Origin: Thermodesulfobacteriota bacterium
GTDB lineage: Bacteria > Desulfobacterota > Binatia > UBA12015
Length of the DNA: 43,243 nt
Assembly (NCBI GenBank): GCA_040755575.1
Contig: JBFMAS010000502.1
Location: 1 to 43,243 of the forward strand
Reading direction: 5' to 3'
The stretch's first letter is position 1, and each line of letters starts with the position of its first letter. The notes below the pieces were generated by a model that was not told the origin of the DNA, made no database searches, and saw only the letters and a program-made list of their open reading frames with translations. Both the position numbers and the translations under genes were made by a program. Below, one piece after another: positions 12,074-21,542 of this stretch.

Positions 12074-12781
12074 TCACTCGTTGACGAGGAACGCGCGCGA
12101 GTAGCGCTCCTCGTTCTTGAGCCGCATGACGACGGCGGTTGCCGCCTCCATCGTCGGAAAGCGTCCGACGCGCACGCGGTACCAGGTCTCGTCCGCCAAC
12201 CGGACGCGGACGATGAACGCCTGGTAGCCGAGCTCCGTCAGGCGCTCGACGAGCCGGTCCGCGGTCTCCTGGTCCTTGGTCGCGTTGACCTGGACGCTCC
12301 AGTACTTGCCGGCGGCCGGACGTACGCTCGCGACGGGCGGCTCGACCTTCGCCAGGCTCTCCGTGGCCGGCGTGGGCCGGATGATGACGATGCCCGGGCT
12401 CACGGCCGGCGGCGCCGCGGCCGGCGTCGCCGCGGGCAGCGCGGCGAGCTCCGCGGTCGGCGCAGGGGCCGGAGCGGGGCTCGCGGTCGCGATCGGCTGA
12501 GCGGCGCTGCGCACGGCGAGGTTCACGCTCGCGGTCTGCGCCGGCTGTGGCTCTGCCGGAGCGTCCCAGGGCCGCACGTCGGCGAGCTCGCCGCCCGTCT
12601 CGCCCGGATTGACCGGCAGCCGGACGACGCGCTCCTCGCGCGCGAGCCGGCTCTCCTGCAGCCCCTTCCCGACGTAGATGCCGAGGAAGAAGATCACCAC
12701 CGAGCCGAGCGTGAAGATGGTGAACATCCCGAGGATGCCGAGCCAGCCGAACTCGAAGCGCCCGCCCTCCCGCGTCATCAC
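12074..12781 (-). CDS. Bitopic SPOR-domain peptidoglycan-binding protein (FtsN/DedD-like architecture)
   Basis: Track ORF 12074..12781 (235 aa). Short N-terminus, one TM helix (WLGILGMFTIFTLGSVVIFFLGIYVG), and a long Pro/Ala-rich linker (APAPAPTAELAALPAATPAAAPPAVSP). C-terminal SPOR-like module: KYWSVQVNATKDQETADRLVERLTELGYQAFIVRVRLADETWYRVRVGRFPTMEAATAVVMRLK. Start is either GTG 12781 (GTGA overlap with the argS stop) or ATG 12778. Confidence 0.8.
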   Translation of the reverse strand: MMTREGGRFEFGWLGILGMFTIFTLGSVVIFFLGIYVGKGLQESRLAREERVVRLPVNPGETGGELADVRPWDAPAEPQPAQTASVNLAVRSAAQPIATASPAPAPAPTAELAALPAATPAAAPPAVSPGIVIIRPTPATESLAKVEPPVASVRPAAGKYWSVQVNATKDQETADRLVERLTELGYQAFIVRVRLADETWYRVRVGRFPTMEAATAVVMRLKNEERYSRAFLVNE

Positions 12782-14436
12782 ATCCTCTCCGGCGCGCTGA
12801 CGCCGAGCAGCGACAGGCCCGCGACGAGCACGCGGCGCACGGCCTCGAGCATCGCCAGGCGCGCCGCCACGCGTCCCGGCGCCTCGTCGCCGAGCACGCG
12901 GTGGTGGTTGTAGAAGCGGTGCAGCGCCGCGGCCAGCTCCTGAAGGAAGAACACCACGCGATGCGGCTCGAGCTCACGCGCCGCGGCGTCGACGACCTCG
13001 CCGTAGCTCGCCAGCAGACGGATGACGTCGAACTCCTCGTCGAGCTCGAGCGGGCGCAGCTCGTCCGCCGTGACGCGGGCTTGCGGCAGCGCGACGCCGA
13101 GCGTGCGCGCCTGCGCGTACAGGCTCATGATGCGCGCGTGCGCGTACTGCACGTAGTAGACCGGGTTGTCCGTCGAGCGCTTCTTCGCGAGCTCGAGGTC
13201 GAACTCGAGGTGGCTGTCGGACTTCCTGCTCAAGAAAAAGAATCGTGCGGCATCGCTGCCGACCTCGTCGAGCAGCTCGTCGAGGGTCACGTACTCGGCG
13301 CGGCGCGTGGACATCTTCACCTGCTCGCCGTGCCGGGTGAGCGTCACGAACTGGTAGATCACCGGCCGGATGCGCGACGTGTCGTGCCCGAGGCCCGCGA
13401 GCGCGGCGGCCACCTCGCGGTGCTCCGCGATGTGGTCCGCGCCCAGCACGTCGACGATCAGGTCGAACCCCCGCGCGAGCTTGTTCTCGTGGTACGCGAT
13501 GTCCGGCAGGCGGTAGGCGGGCTCTCCGCTGCTCTTCACCAGCACGCGGTCCTTGTCGAGCCCGACCTTCTCGCCGCGCAGCCACACGGCGCCTTCCCTG
13601 CGGTCGATCAGCCCTCGCTGGTCGAGCCTCGCCAGCACGTCGTCGATCGCCCGCGACGCGTACAGGCCGTCCTCGTTGAAGTAGTGGTCGAACCGGATGC
13701 CGAGGCGATCCTGCGTCGCCCGGATGTCCGCAAAGATGGCGCTCTCCGCCGCCGCACGGAAGGTCGCCTCGTCGTCGTCCGCGACGTCGGCGCCGCGGGT
13801 CTCGACCAGGCCACGCGCGATGTCGCGGATGTAGTCGCCCTGGTAGCCGTCCTCGGGGAACGACGCGGTGCGGCCGACCAGCTCCTGGTAGCGGGCGCGC
13901 ACCGACGCGGCGAGCACCTTCATCTGGCGCCCCGCGTTGTTGAAGTAGTACTCGCGCTCGACGCGGTACGAGACCGCTTCCAGCAGCCGCGCGAGCGTGT
14001 CGCCCAGCACCGCGTTGCGGCCGTGCCCGACGGTGAGCGGCCCGGTGGGGTTCGCGCTCACGAACTCGACCTGGGCGCGGCGTCCGGCGCCCTCGGGCTC
14101 CACGCCGAGCGTGTCGTCGCCGAGCAGGCCGGCCAGCTCCTCGTGCCAGAAGCGCGGCGCGAGCTTGAAGTTGATGAAGCCGGGACCGGCGATCTCCGTC
14201 CCGGCCACGAGCCCGTGGGCGTCCTCGAAGTGGCGCAGGATCGTCTCGGCGATCGCCCGGGGCGCCTTGCGCTCGGCGCGCGCCAGCGTCAGGGCAAGAG
14301 TCGCCGCGAGATCGCCGTACTGGCGGTCCTTCGGCACCTCGAGCGACCCGGGCGGCAGGGTGCTGCCGTGCAGATCGCCCGCGCGGACGGCCCGTTCCAG
14401 GGCGCCGGCGAGCAGGGCTTCGATCCGCTTCTTCAT
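12778..14436 (-). CDS. argS: Arginine--tRNA ligase
   Basis: Track ORF 12778..14436 (552 aa). Class-I signatures FVSANPTGPLTVGHGRN (HIGH-like) and VKMSTRR (KMSKS-like). C-terminal DALR-type anticodon-binding region (YVQYAHARIMS...). Confidence 0.95.
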   Translation of the reverse strand: MKKRIEALLAGALERAVRAGDLHGSTLPPGSLEVPKDRQYGDLAATLALTLARAERKAPRAIAETILRHFEDAHGLVAGTEIAGPGFINFKLAPRFWHEELAGLLGDDTLGVEPEGAGRRAQVEFVSANPTGPLTVGHGRNAVLGDTLARLLEAVSYRVEREYYFNNAGRQMKVLAASVRARYQELVGRTASFPEDGYQGDYIRDIARGLVETRGADVADDDEATFRAAAESAIFADIRATQDRLGIRFDHYFNEDGLYASRAIDDVLARLDQRGLIDRREGAVWLRGEKVGLDKDRVLVKSSGEPAYRLPDIAYHENKLARGFDLIVDVLGADHIAEHREVAAALAGLGHDTSRIRPVIYQFVTLTRHGEQVKMSTRRAEYVTLDELLDEVGSDAARFFFLSRKSDSHLEFDLELAKKRSTDNPVYYVQYAHARIMSLYAQARTLGVALPQARVTADELRPLELDEEFDVIRLLASYGEVVDAAARELEPHRVVFFLQELAAALHRFYNHHRVLGDEAPGRVAARLAMLEAVRRVLVAGLSLLGVSAPERM

Positions 14437-14579
14437 CCCCGATCCGCGCGCGGACGCGTCGCTCGGACCAGGCCCGCGGCCGCCACGCCTAGGACGGGGA
14501 TGGCGGAGAGGAGGTCAAGCGCGCACGCGTCCACACGTGCTGTCGCTAGCGAGTTCGTCGCGAAGCGTCAAACGCACGT

Positions 14580-14599
14580 GGCTCCACGCGCATGGAGCC
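14580..14599 (-). terminator. Candidate weak stem-loop 7 nt downstream of the rplQ stop
   Basis: Minus strand reads GGCTCCA-TGCGCG-TGGAGCC, a perfect 7-bp stem with a 6-nt loop, followed by ACGTGCGTTTGACG. That is only a TTT run, so the U-tract is poor. Confidence 0.25.
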
Positions 14600-14606
14600 C
14601 GCTGGA

Positions 14607-15065
14607 TCAGCCCGCCGCCGCGCGAGCGCGCTTCTGTGCCGGCTCCGCCTGCGGGCCCTTCTTGGCGCGGCGCTGCCCCCTGCGCTTCTTCGCCGGCTCG
14701 ACGCTCTCGGACGTCCCGGTGAGCTCGATCAACGACATCGAGGCCGCGTCGCCCGGACGGACCCCGAGCTTGACGATGCGCGTGTAGCCGCCCGGCCGGT
14801 CCTTGAAGCGCTCGGCGATGTCCGAGAATAGCCGCTGCACGGCCTTGCGGTCCCGGACGAACGCGACGGCGCGCCGCCGCGCGGCGAGGGTGCCCGACTT
14901 GCCGAGCGTCACCATGCGATCCGCGAAGCGCCGCACCTCCTTCGCCTTCTCGTCCGTCGTCTTGATGCGGTCGTGGCTCAGCAGCTCTGCAACCAGGTTG
15001 CGGTACAGCGAAGCACGATGGGCCGACGTCCGGCCGAGCTTCCGTCCTGCCTTCAGATGTCGCAT
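14607..15065 (-). CDS. rplQ: 50S ribosomal protein L17 (with basic C-terminal tail)
   Basis: Track ORF 14607..15065 (152 aa): [37 protein letters not shown]...[10 protein letters not shown]. Confidence 0.97.
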   Translation of the reverse strand: MRHLKAGRKLGRTSAHRASLYRNLVAELLSHDRIKTTDEKAKEVRRFADRMVTLGKSGTLAARRRAVAFVRDRKAVQRLFSDIAERFKDRPGGYTRIVKLGVRPGDAASMSLIELTGTSESVEPAKKRRGQRRAKKGPQAEPAQKRARAAAG

Positions 15066-15081
15066 GGTGTGATCCGAAATC

Positions 15082-16116
15082 CTACGCCGTCTGCTTCTCG
15101 CGCATCATCCGGCGGCGCTCGAGCTCCTCCCGCGGCGGGAAGTTCTCGAGGCGCATGCCGAGCGAGAGACCCATCTCGGCGAGCAGCTCCTTGATCTCGT
15201 TGAGCGACTTGCGCCCGAAGTTCTTGGTCTTGAGCATCTCCGCTTCGGTCTTCTGCACGAGCTCGCCGATGTAGCGCAGGTCGGCATTCTGCAGGCAGTT
15301 CGCCGAGCGGACTGAGAGCTCGAGCTCGTCGACCGTGCGGAACAGGTTCTCGTTGAGCTCCGCCGACGCGGCTTCCTCGGCGGGAACCGAGACCTCGGCC
15401 GGCTCCTCGAAGTTGATGAAGACGCTGAGCTGGTCCTGCAGGATGCGCGCGGCGAGCGCGAGCGCGTCCTCCGGGCGCACGCTGCCGTCGGTCCAGATCT
15501 CCATCGTCAGCTTGTCGTAGTCGGTGCGCTGCCCGACGCGCGCGTTGGTGACGACGAAGTTCACCTTCCGCACCGGACTGAAGATCGAGTCGATCGCGAT
15601 CGTTCCGACCGGCTGACCTTCCTCCTTGTTGCGCTCGGCAGGGACGTAGCCGCGGCCGGCCTTGACGCTGAGCTCGGCCTTCAGGTCGGAGCCCTTGCCG
15701 ACGCTCGCGATCAGGTGCTCGGGGTTGAGCACCTCGAGCTCGGGGCCCGCCTCGATGTCCGCAGCCGTCACCCGGCGCTCACCCTTGACGTCGATGCGCG
15801 CGGTCGCCTCGCTCGCGCCGTCGTGCAGGCGGAAGCGGACTTCCTTCAGGTTCAGGATGATGTCGGTCACGTCCTCGGTGACGCCGGCGATGGTCGAGAA
15901 CTCGTGCAGCGTGTTCTCGAAGCGCACCGTCGTGATCGCCGCGCCGCGCAGCGAGGAGAGAAGGATCCGACGCAGCGAGTTCCCGAGGGTCGTGCCGAAC
16001 CCGCGCTCCAGCGGCTCGAACTCGAGCTTTGCGTAGGTCGGCGTCAGGCTCTTGTCGTCGATCTCGAGCCGCTTCGGCTTCGTGAGATCGCGCCAATTCT
16101 GCTGAAAACCGTTCAC
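15082..16116 (-). CDS. rpoA: DNA-directed RNA polymerase alpha subunit
   Basis: Track ORF 15082..16116 (344 aa): [30 protein letters not shown], and C-terminal domain [24 protein letters not shown]...[16 protein letters not shown] start. Confidence 0.98.
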   Translation of the reverse strand: MNGFQQNWRDLTKPKRLEIDDKSLTPTYAKLEFEPLERGFGTTLGNSLRRILLSSLRGAAITTVRFENTLHEFSTIAGVTEDVTDIILNLKEVRFRLHDGASEATARIDVKGERRVTAADIEAGPELEVLNPEHLIASVGKGSDLKAELSVKAGRGYVPAERNKEEGQPVGTIAIDSIFSPVRKVNFVVTNARVGQRTDYDKLTMEIWTDGSVRPEDALALAARILQDQLSVFINFEEPAEVSVPAEEAASAELNENLFRTVDELELSVRSANCLQNADLRYIGELVQKTEAEMLKTKNFGRKSLNEIKELLAEMGLSLGMRLENFPPREELERRRMMREKQTA

Positions 16117-16123
16117 TCTTTGA

Positions 16124-16130
16124 CTCCCTC
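16124..16130 (-). promoter_or_regulatory. Shine-Dalgarno-like GAGGGAG upstream of rpoA
   Basis: Minus strand reads ...GAGGGAG-tcaaaga-GTG, with a 7-nt spacer to the rpoA GTG at 16116. Confidence 0.55.
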
Positions 16131-16168
16131 GATTCTCGATTCGCGACTCGACGTGCCGCGTCGCCCCA

Positions 16169-16795
16169 TCACTTCGAGTACAGCTCGACGATGAGCCGCT
16201 CGTTGATGGGCATGGTCAGGTCCGCGCGCTGCGGCAGCGCCTTGACGGTGCCGGCGAAGCCCTCGCGGCTGACCTCGAGCCAGTCGGGCACGCCGCGCCG
16301 CTGCGACAGCTCCAGCGCCTCGACGATGCGCGTCACCTTCTGGCTCCGCTCACGGACCGTGACCTTGTCGCCGACGTTGACCAGGTAGGACGGGATCGTC
16401 ACCTTCCGTCCGTTGACGCTGAAGTGGCCATGACGCACGAGCTGACGCGCCTCGGCGCGCGAGTTCGCGAAGCTCATCCGGTAGACGATGTTGTCGAGCC
16501 GGCGCTCGAGCGTCGTCAGCAGCGCTTCGCCGGTCACGCCCTTCGCCCGCTCGGCGAGCGAGAAGTAGCGCCGGAACTGCCGCTCGAAGACGCCGTAGAT
16601 CCGCTTGACCTTCTGCTTCTCGCGCAGCTGGACGCTGTACTCGGAGAACTTGTGGCGACCCTGGCCGTGCTGTCCGGGCGGGTAGTTGCGGCGCTCGATC
16701 GCGCACTTGTCGGTGAAGCACCGCTCGCCCTTGAGGAACAGCTTCATGCCCTCGCGGCGGCACATGCGGCACACGGAATCGGTGTTGCGTGCCAC
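16169..16795 (-). CDS. rpsD: 30S ribosomal protein S4
   Basis: Track ORF 16169..16795 (208 aa): [52 protein letters not shown]. Confidence 0.98.
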   Translation of the reverse strand: MARNTDSVCRMCRREGMKLFLKGERCFTDKCAIERRNYPPGQHGQGRHKFSEYSVQLREKQKVKRIYGVFERQFRRYFSLAERAKGVTGEALLTTLERRLDNIVYRMSFANSRAEARQLVRHGHFSVNGRKVTIPSYLVNVGDKVTVRERSQKVTRIVEALELSQRRGVPDWLEVSREGFAGTVKALPQRADLTMPINERLIVELYSK

Positions 16796-16796
16796 C

Positions 16797-17261
16797 TCAC
16801 ACCCTCCTTCGCTTCGGCGGGCGGCAGCCGTTGTGCGGGATCGGGGTGACGTCGCGGATCAGCGTGATCGCGAAGCCCGCCGCCTGCAGCGACCGCAGCG
16901 CGGGCTCCCGTCCCCCGCCCGGTCCCTTGACCAGCACCTGCACGCTGCGCATGCCGAAGTCGGCCGCCTTCTTCGCCGCCGCCTCGGCGGCGAGCTGCGA
17001 CGCGAACGGCGTGCCCTTGCGCGAACCCTTGAAGCCGACCGAGCCCGCGCTCGCCCACGCAACGACGCCACCCATCGTGTCCGTGATGGTGATGATGGTG
17101 TTGTTGAAGGTGGAGTGGATGTGGACGATCCCTTCCGAGACCGTCCGCTTGCCCTTCTTGCGCCGGGGCGTGGCCGGCGCGGCGGCCGCCGGCTGGGCGG
17201 CCGGCGTTTCCGCGGCGCCCTGTTCGGCGGCGGGCGCCGGATTGACCTCGGTCTTCGACAT
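16797..17261 (-). CDS. rpsK: 30S ribosomal protein S11 (Ala/Pro-rich N-terminal extension)
   Basis: Track ORF 16797..17261 (154 aa): [18 protein letters not shown]...[14 protein letters not shown]...[18 protein letters not shown]. Confidence 0.97.
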   Translation of the reverse strand: MSKTEVNPAPAAEQGAAETPAAQPAAAAPATPRRKKGKRTVSEGIVHIHSTFNNTIITITDTMGGVVAWASAGSVGFKGSRKGTPFASQLAAEAAAKKAADFGMRSVQVLVKGPGGGREPALRSLQAAGFAITLIRDVTPIPHNGCRPPKRRRV

Positions 17262-17301
17262 TCGCTTGTGCTCCTAGACGTTCCCTGGCGTCCCGCGGCG
17301 A

Positions 17302-17685
17302 TCAGCCCTTCGGTGGCGCCTGCTTCTTGCCGGCGACGGTGCGACGCGGCCCCTTGCGCGTGCGCGCGTTGGTGTGCGTGCGCTGCCCGTGCACGGGCAG
17401 GTTCTTCCTGTGGCGGATGCCGCGGTAGGTGCCGAGGTCGACGTAACGCTTGATGTTGAGGGTGATCTCGCGGCGCAGGTCGCCCTCGACCTTGCAGTTC
17501 TGGTCGATCGTGCGGCGAAGCTTCTGAAGATCGTCCTCCGACAGCACGTCGGTCTTCGTGTCCACCGGAACTTCCGCTTCCTCGCAGATCTTCCGCGCGA
17601 GGCTGCGGCCGATCCCGTAGATGTACGTGAGTCCGATCTCGATCCGCTTGTTCTTCGGCAAGTCGACGCCGGCGATGCGTGCCAT
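17302..17685 (-). CDS. rpsM: 30S ribosomal protein S13
   Basis: Track ORF 17302..17685 (127 aa): [30 protein letters not shown]...[26 protein letters not shown]. Confidence 0.98.
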   Translation of the reverse strand: MARIAGVDLPKNKRIEIGLTYIYGIGRSLARKICEEAEVPVDTKTDVLSEDDLQKLRRTIDQNCKVEGDLRREITLNIKRYVDLGTYRGIRHRKNLPVHGQRTHTNARTRKGPRRTVAGKKQAPPKG

Positions 17686-17706
17686 GGCTCCCTCAGCTCC
17701 CTCGGC

Positions 17707-17820
17707 TCAGCCCTGGCGCTGCTTGTGGCGCGGGTTCACGCACAGGACGCGCACCACGCCTTCGCGCCGGATGATCTTGCACTTCGGGCAGATTTTCTTG
17801 ACGGAGGCTCGAACCTTCAT
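17707..17820 (-). CDS. rpmJ: 50S ribosomal protein L36
   Basis: Too short for the ORF track. Hand translation of the minus strand from ATG 17820-17818 gives [37 protein letters not shown], 37 aa with stop TGA at 17709-17707. This is the canonical L36 sequence with a C-x2-C-x12-C-x4-H motif. Confidence 0.92.
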   Translation of the reverse strand: MKVRASVKKICPKCKIIRREGVVRVLCVNPRHKQRQG

Positions 17821-17834
17821 GTCTTCGTTCCCAT

Positions 17835-18053
17835 CTATTTGACGCGATACGTGATCCGGCCGCGGGAGAGGTCGTACGGCGAGAGCTCGACCGTGACCTT
17901 GTCGCCCGGCAGGATCTTGATGTAGTGCATGCGCATCTTCCCGGAGATGTGCGCGATGATCTTGTGGCCGTTGTCCAGGGCTACCCGAAACATCGCATTG
18001 GGGAGCGATTCCTGCACCACCCCGCTGACCTCGATCGCGTCTCCTTTCGGCAT
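17835..18053 (-). CDS. infA: Translation initiation factor IF-1
   Basis: C-terminal 72 codons of track ORF 17835..18689: [75 protein letters not shown] at 18053-18051. Confidence 0.97.
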   Translation of the reverse strand: MPKGDAIEVSGVVQESLPNAMFRVALDNGHKIIAHISGKMRMHYIKILPGDKVTVELSPYDLSRGRITYRVK

Positions 18054-18061
18054 CTCCGTCC

Positions 18062-18826
18062 CTAGCTCGGCAACGTGAGGATCTCGGGCCCCTCGGCGGT
18101 CACGGCCACCGAGTGCTCGAAATGGGCGGCGAGGCGGCGGTCGCGGGTGACGGCCGTCCAGCCGTCCGCGAGCACCTCGACCTCGTGCGTCCCCTCGCAG
18201 ACCATGGGCTCGATCGCGAGGACCATCCCTTCCTTGAGCCGCGGGTTCTGCCCCGCGGCGACGTAGTTCGGTACCTGCGGCTCCTCGTGCAGGCGCTGGC
18301 CGATGCCGTGCCCGACGAAGTCCCGTACCACGCCGTAGCCGTGCGCCTCGGCGTGCGTCTGGATCGCGGCCGAGATGTCCCGGATGCGGTTGCCCACCCG
18401 CATGCTCTCGATGCCGCAGTAGAGCGACTCGCGGGTCACGCGCATCAGGCGCTCGGCGCTCTCGCTCACCTGGCCGACCGCGAGGGTGACCGCGGAATCC
18501 CCGTAGTAGCCCTTGTAGACCGCCCCGTAGTCGAGCCCGACGATGTCGCCCTCGCGCAGGATGCGCTTCGGCGACGGCATGCCGTGCACGACCTCCTCGT
18601 TGATCGAGACGCAGAGCGAGGCCGGATAGACCCGGCCGCCGACGTTGTAGCCCTTGAAGGCCGGTACGGCGCCCCTCTCGCGGGTCCACTTCTCGGCGAG
18701 GCGATCGAGCTCGGCCGTCGACACGCCCGGCGCGACGACCTCGGTGAGGCGGCGCAGGACGTCCGCGACGATCTGGCAGGCGGCGCGGATCAGCTCGATC
18801 TCCTGTCGGCTGCGCAGGACGATCAT
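18062..18826 (-). CDS. map: Type I methionine aminopeptidase
   Basis: C-terminal 254 codons of track ORF 18062..19243: [19 protein letters not shown]...VVHGMP...[20 protein letters not shown]...[18 protein letters not shown]...LAIEPMV...[12 protein letters not shown] 18826-18824 overlaps the adk TGA. Confidence 0.95.
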   Translation of the reverse strand: MIVLRSRQEIELIRAACQIVADVLRRLTEVVAPGVSTAELDRLAEKWTRERGAVPAFKGYNVGGRVYPASLCVSINEEVVHGMPSPKRILREGDIVGLDYGAVYKGYYGDSAVTLAVGQVSESAERLMRVTRESLYCGIESMRVGNRIRDISAAIQTHAEAHGYGVVRDFVGHGIGQRLHEEPQVPNYVAAGQNPRLKEGMVLAIEPMVCEGTHEVEVLADGWTAVTRDRRLAAHFEHSVAVTAEGPEILTLPS

Positions 18827-19488
18827 GCCGGGATCCCGAGGCTCGCCACGATGCGGCGGTTCACCTGCTCGGTCGAGCCGGTGCCGTCGACGGGCAGCAG
18901 CGCCTTGCGCTCGCGATAGAACTGCAGCAGCGGCGCGGTCGCCTTGCGGTACACCTCGAGCCGCGCGGTGACGATCTCCTCGCGGTCGTCGTCGCGCTGG
19001 TAGAGCTCGCCGCCGCACTTGTCGCAGATGCCCGGCCGCTTCGGCGGCTCGAAGCTCAGGTGGTACATCGCTCCGCAGAGCCGGCAGGTGCGCCGCTCGG
19101 CCAGGCGCCGCACGAGCTCGTCGGTCGGGACCTCGAGGCTGACGGCGCGCAGCCCGCGCGTCGAGTTGCCGCAGATCTCGTCGAGGCTCACGGCCTGGGG
19201 GACCGAGCGCGGGAAGCCGTCGAGGACGAAGCCCCGCTCGCAATCCGCAGCCGACAGCCGCTGGCGGACGATGCCCAGCATCAGCTCGTCCGGCACGAGA
19301 TCACCCTTGTCCATGAAGCCCTTCGCCCGCTGGCCGAGCTCCGAGCCACGGGAGATCTCGACGCGCAGCATGTCGCCCGTCGAGATGTGCGGCGTTCCGA
19401 GGCGCGCCGAAAGCAATTCCGCCTGTGTGCCCTTTCCAGCTCCGGGTGGTCCGAGCAGGACCAGTTGCGAAGAGGCGGCGGTCGTCAC
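18823..19488 (-). CDS. adk: Adenylate kinase (four-Cys zinc-lid type)
   Basis: C-terminal 221 codons of track ORF 18823..21000: (V)[23 protein letters not shown]...ISTGDMLR...[17 protein letters not shown] region [34 protein letters not shown]. Start assigned to GTG 19488-19486. Confidence 0.93.
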   Translation of the reverse strand: MTTAASSQLVLLGPPGAGKGTQAELLSARLGTPHISTGDMLRVEISRGSELGQRAKGFMDKGDLVPDELMLGIVRQRLSAADCERGFVLDGFPRSVPQAVSLDEICGNSTRGLRAVSLEVPTDELVRRLAERRTCRLCGAMYHLSFEPPKRPGICDKCGGELYQRDDDREEIVTARLEVYRKATAPLLQFYRERKALLPVDGTGSTEQVNRRIVASLGIPA

Positions 19489-19502
19489 GGCGCGCCGGCA
19501 CC

Positions 19503-20813
19503 CTAACCACGACGTCCACGCAACCGGCCGCGTTTCATGAAGCCTTCGTAGTTGCGGGTCAGGAGATGTGTCTCCATCTGTGCGACGGTGTCCAGCGCAA
19601 CTCCAACGACGATGAGAAGCGCCGTCCCTCCGAAGAAGAACGGCACGTTGAACTGCTGGATCAGGATGGTCGGAAGGACGCAGACGGCGGAGATGTAGAT
19701 CGCCCCGCCGAGCGTGATCCGCGTCAGGATGCGGTCGATGAAATCGGCCGTCTTCTTTCCAGGCCTGATCCCCGGAATGTAGCCGCCGAACTTCTTCATG
19801 TTCTCGGCGACGTCGACCGGGTCGAACGTGACAGCCGTGTAGAAGTAGCAGAAGAAGATGATGAGCGCCACGTAGATGACGTTGTAGAGGACGTTGCCGG
19901 GGGTGAGCAGCTCGGCCGCCCGGTCGGCCCACGGGTGCTGCACGAAGCTCGCGATGGTGCCGGGGAAGATCAGGATCGACGACGCGAAGATCGGGGGGAT
20001 GACGCCGGCCGTGTTGATCTTGAGCGGCAGGTGCGAGCTCTGGCCGCCGTACATCCGCCGGCCCACGACCCGCTTGGCATACTGCACCGGGATCCGGCGC
20101 TGGCCGCGCTCGACGAAGATGATCGCGGCGATCACGGCCGTCATCAGGACCAGGATCGCGAGCACCACGAACAGCGACAGCTCGCCCTCGTTCATGAACT
20201 GGAAGGTCGTCGCGACCGCCGACGGCAGCGCCGCCACGATGCCGGCGAAGATGACCAGCGAGATGCCGTTGCCGATGCCGCGCTCCGTCACCTGCTCGCC
20301 GAGCCACATGATGAAGGCGGTGCCCGACGTGAGCGTGATCATGCTCATCAGCCGGAAGCTCCAGCCCGGGTTGTAGACCACGCCGCCGCCGCCCGGCGCC
20401 TGGATCTGCTCGAGCCCGACGCTGATGAACAGGCTCTGGATCAGCGCGAGCGCCACGGTGCCGTAGCGGGTGTACTGCGTGATCTTGCGCCGGCCCGCCT
20501 CGCCCTCCTTCGAGAGGCGCTCGAGGGTGGGGACGACGACGGTCAGGAGCTGCAGGATGATCGACGCGCTGATGTACGGCATGATGCCGAGCGCGAAGAT
20601 CGAGAACCGCTCGAGCGCGCCACCCGAGAACAGGTTCACGAGGCCGAAGACGTTGTTCTTCGCCTCCTCGAAGAAGGCCTGCATGGCCTTGCCGTCGATG
20701 CCGGGCGTCGGGATGGCGACGCCGACGCGGTAGACGGCGAGCATCCCGGCGGTGAAGAGCAGCCGCTTCTTGAGCTCCTCGACCCGCAGCGCGTTGGAGA
20801 AGCCGGTCGTCAC
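19503..20813 (-). CDS. secY: Preprotein translocase subunit SecY
   Basis: Track ORF 19503..20813 (436 aa): [48 protein letters not shown]..., multi-TM. GTG start overlaps the rplO TGA. Confidence 0.98.
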   Translation of the reverse strand: MTTGFSNALRVEELKKRLLFTAGMLAVYRVGVAIPTPGIDGKAMQAFFEEAKNNVFGLVNLFSGGALERFSIFALGIMPYISASIILQLLTVVVPTLERLSKEGEAGRRKITQYTRYGTVALALIQSLFISVGLEQIQAPGGGGVVYNPGWSFRLMSMITLTSGTAFIMWLGEQVTERGIGNGISLVIFAGIVAALPSAVATTFQFMNEGELSLFVVLAILVLMTAVIAAIIFVERGQRRIPVQYAKRVVGRRMYGGQSSHLPLKINTAGVIPPIFASSILIFPGTIASFVQHPWADRAAELLTPGNVLYNVIYVALIIFFCYFYTAVTFDPVDVAENMKKFGGYIPGIRPGKKTADFIDRILTRITLGGAIYISAVCVLPTILIQQFNVPFFFGGTALLIVVGVALDTVAQMETHLLTRNYEGFMKRGRLRGRRG

Positions 20814-21253
20814 GCGACGACCTCGGCGCTGCCGCCCTTGGCCTCGATCGCGGCCTTGGCGGATGCGCTGAACGCGTGCGCCTTGACGGTGAGCGCGTGC
20901 TCGAGCGCGCCGTTGCCGAGGATCTTGACCCGCTTGCCGTGCTTGCCGGCGAGCCCGGCCCGGGCGAGCGCGTCGAGATCGACCACGGTACCCGCGGCAA
21001 AGCGCCCGAGGTCGGCCAGGTTCACGACCTCGTACTCCTTGCGGAACGGGTTGGTGAAGCCGCGCTTCGGCAAGCGGCGCTGCAGCGGCATCTGGCCGCC
21101 CTCGTAGCCCGGCGGGCTGTTGCCGCCCGAGCGCGACTTGCGCCCCTTGTGGCCGCGGCCCGCGGTCTTGCCCAGGCCCGAGCCGGGGCCGCGGCCGACG
21201 CGCTTGCGCGGCTTGCGTGCTCCGGGCGCCGGGTGGAGGTTCGAGAGATCCAT
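20810..21253 (-). CDS. rplO: 50S ribosomal protein L15
   Basis: Track ORF 20810..21253 (147 aa): [27 protein letters not shown]...[18 protein letters not shown]. Confidence 0.97.
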   Translation of the reverse strand: MDLSNLHPAPGARKPRKRVGRGPGSGLGKTAGRGHKGRKSRSGGNSPPGYEGGQMPLQRRLPKRGFTNPFRKEYEVVNLADLGRFAAGTVVDLDALARAGLAGKHGKRVKILGNGALEHALTVKAHAFSASAKAAIEAKGGSAEVVA

Positions 21254-21255
21254 GC

Positions 21256-21519
21256 TCAGCTCGCCTCCTCCACCTCGACGAGGTGGGCGACGGCGCGGAT
21301 GCGACCGCGCGCCTGCGGCGTGTCGGCGATCAGCGCGTGCGAGCCGCGCTTGCCGAGGCCGAGGCAGCGCAGCGTCGCGCGCTGGCGCTCGGTGCCTCCG
21401 ATCTCGCTGCCGGTGAGGACCACGCGCAGCGTCTTGTTCGTTCCTTGCGAGCCGGGCGCAAAGCGGTTCATCAGCGCCGTGATGCGCTCGTCCGCTTTCC
21501 TTGCCTTCCGCGACTTCAT
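21256..21519 (-). CDS. rpmD: 50S ribosomal protein L30 (start uncertain; possible N-terminal extension)
   Basis: C-terminal part of track ORF 21256..21669: ...[60 protein letters not shown] 21519 (MKSRKARK..., 87 aa) is preceded by AAGGAA with an 8-nt spacer. Internal ATG 21471 (MNRFAPG..., 71 aa) is the alternative. Confidence 0.88.
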   Translation of the reverse strand: MKSRKARKADERITALMNRFAPGSQGTNKTLRVVLTGSEIGGTERQRATLRCLGLGKRGSHALIADTPQARGRIRAVAHLVEVEEAS

Positions 21520-21527
21520 TACCTGCG

Positions 21528-21533
21528 TTCCTT
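21528..21533 (-). promoter_or_regulatory. Shine-Dalgarno-like AAGGAA upstream of the rpmD ATG at 21519
   Basis: Minus strand reads gcgAAGGAAcgcaggtaATG, with an 8-nt spacer. Confidence 0.5.
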
Positions 21534-21542
21534 CGCCCGCGC

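Noticed and set aside
14480-14575. Two -35-like hexamers on the minus strand upstream of argS, TTGACG and TTGACC, as candidate promoters.
   Set aside because: At 16-18 nt spacing the candidate -10 elements (TAGCGA, GTCCTA, TCCTAG) match TATAAT poorly. I cannot support a promoter call from sequence alone.
16129-16142. Tandem 7-mer TCGATTC x2 (GAATCGA x2 on the minus strand) just upstream of the rpoA SD.
   Set aside because: Two copies of 7 nt are within chance expectation, and there is no further periodicity.
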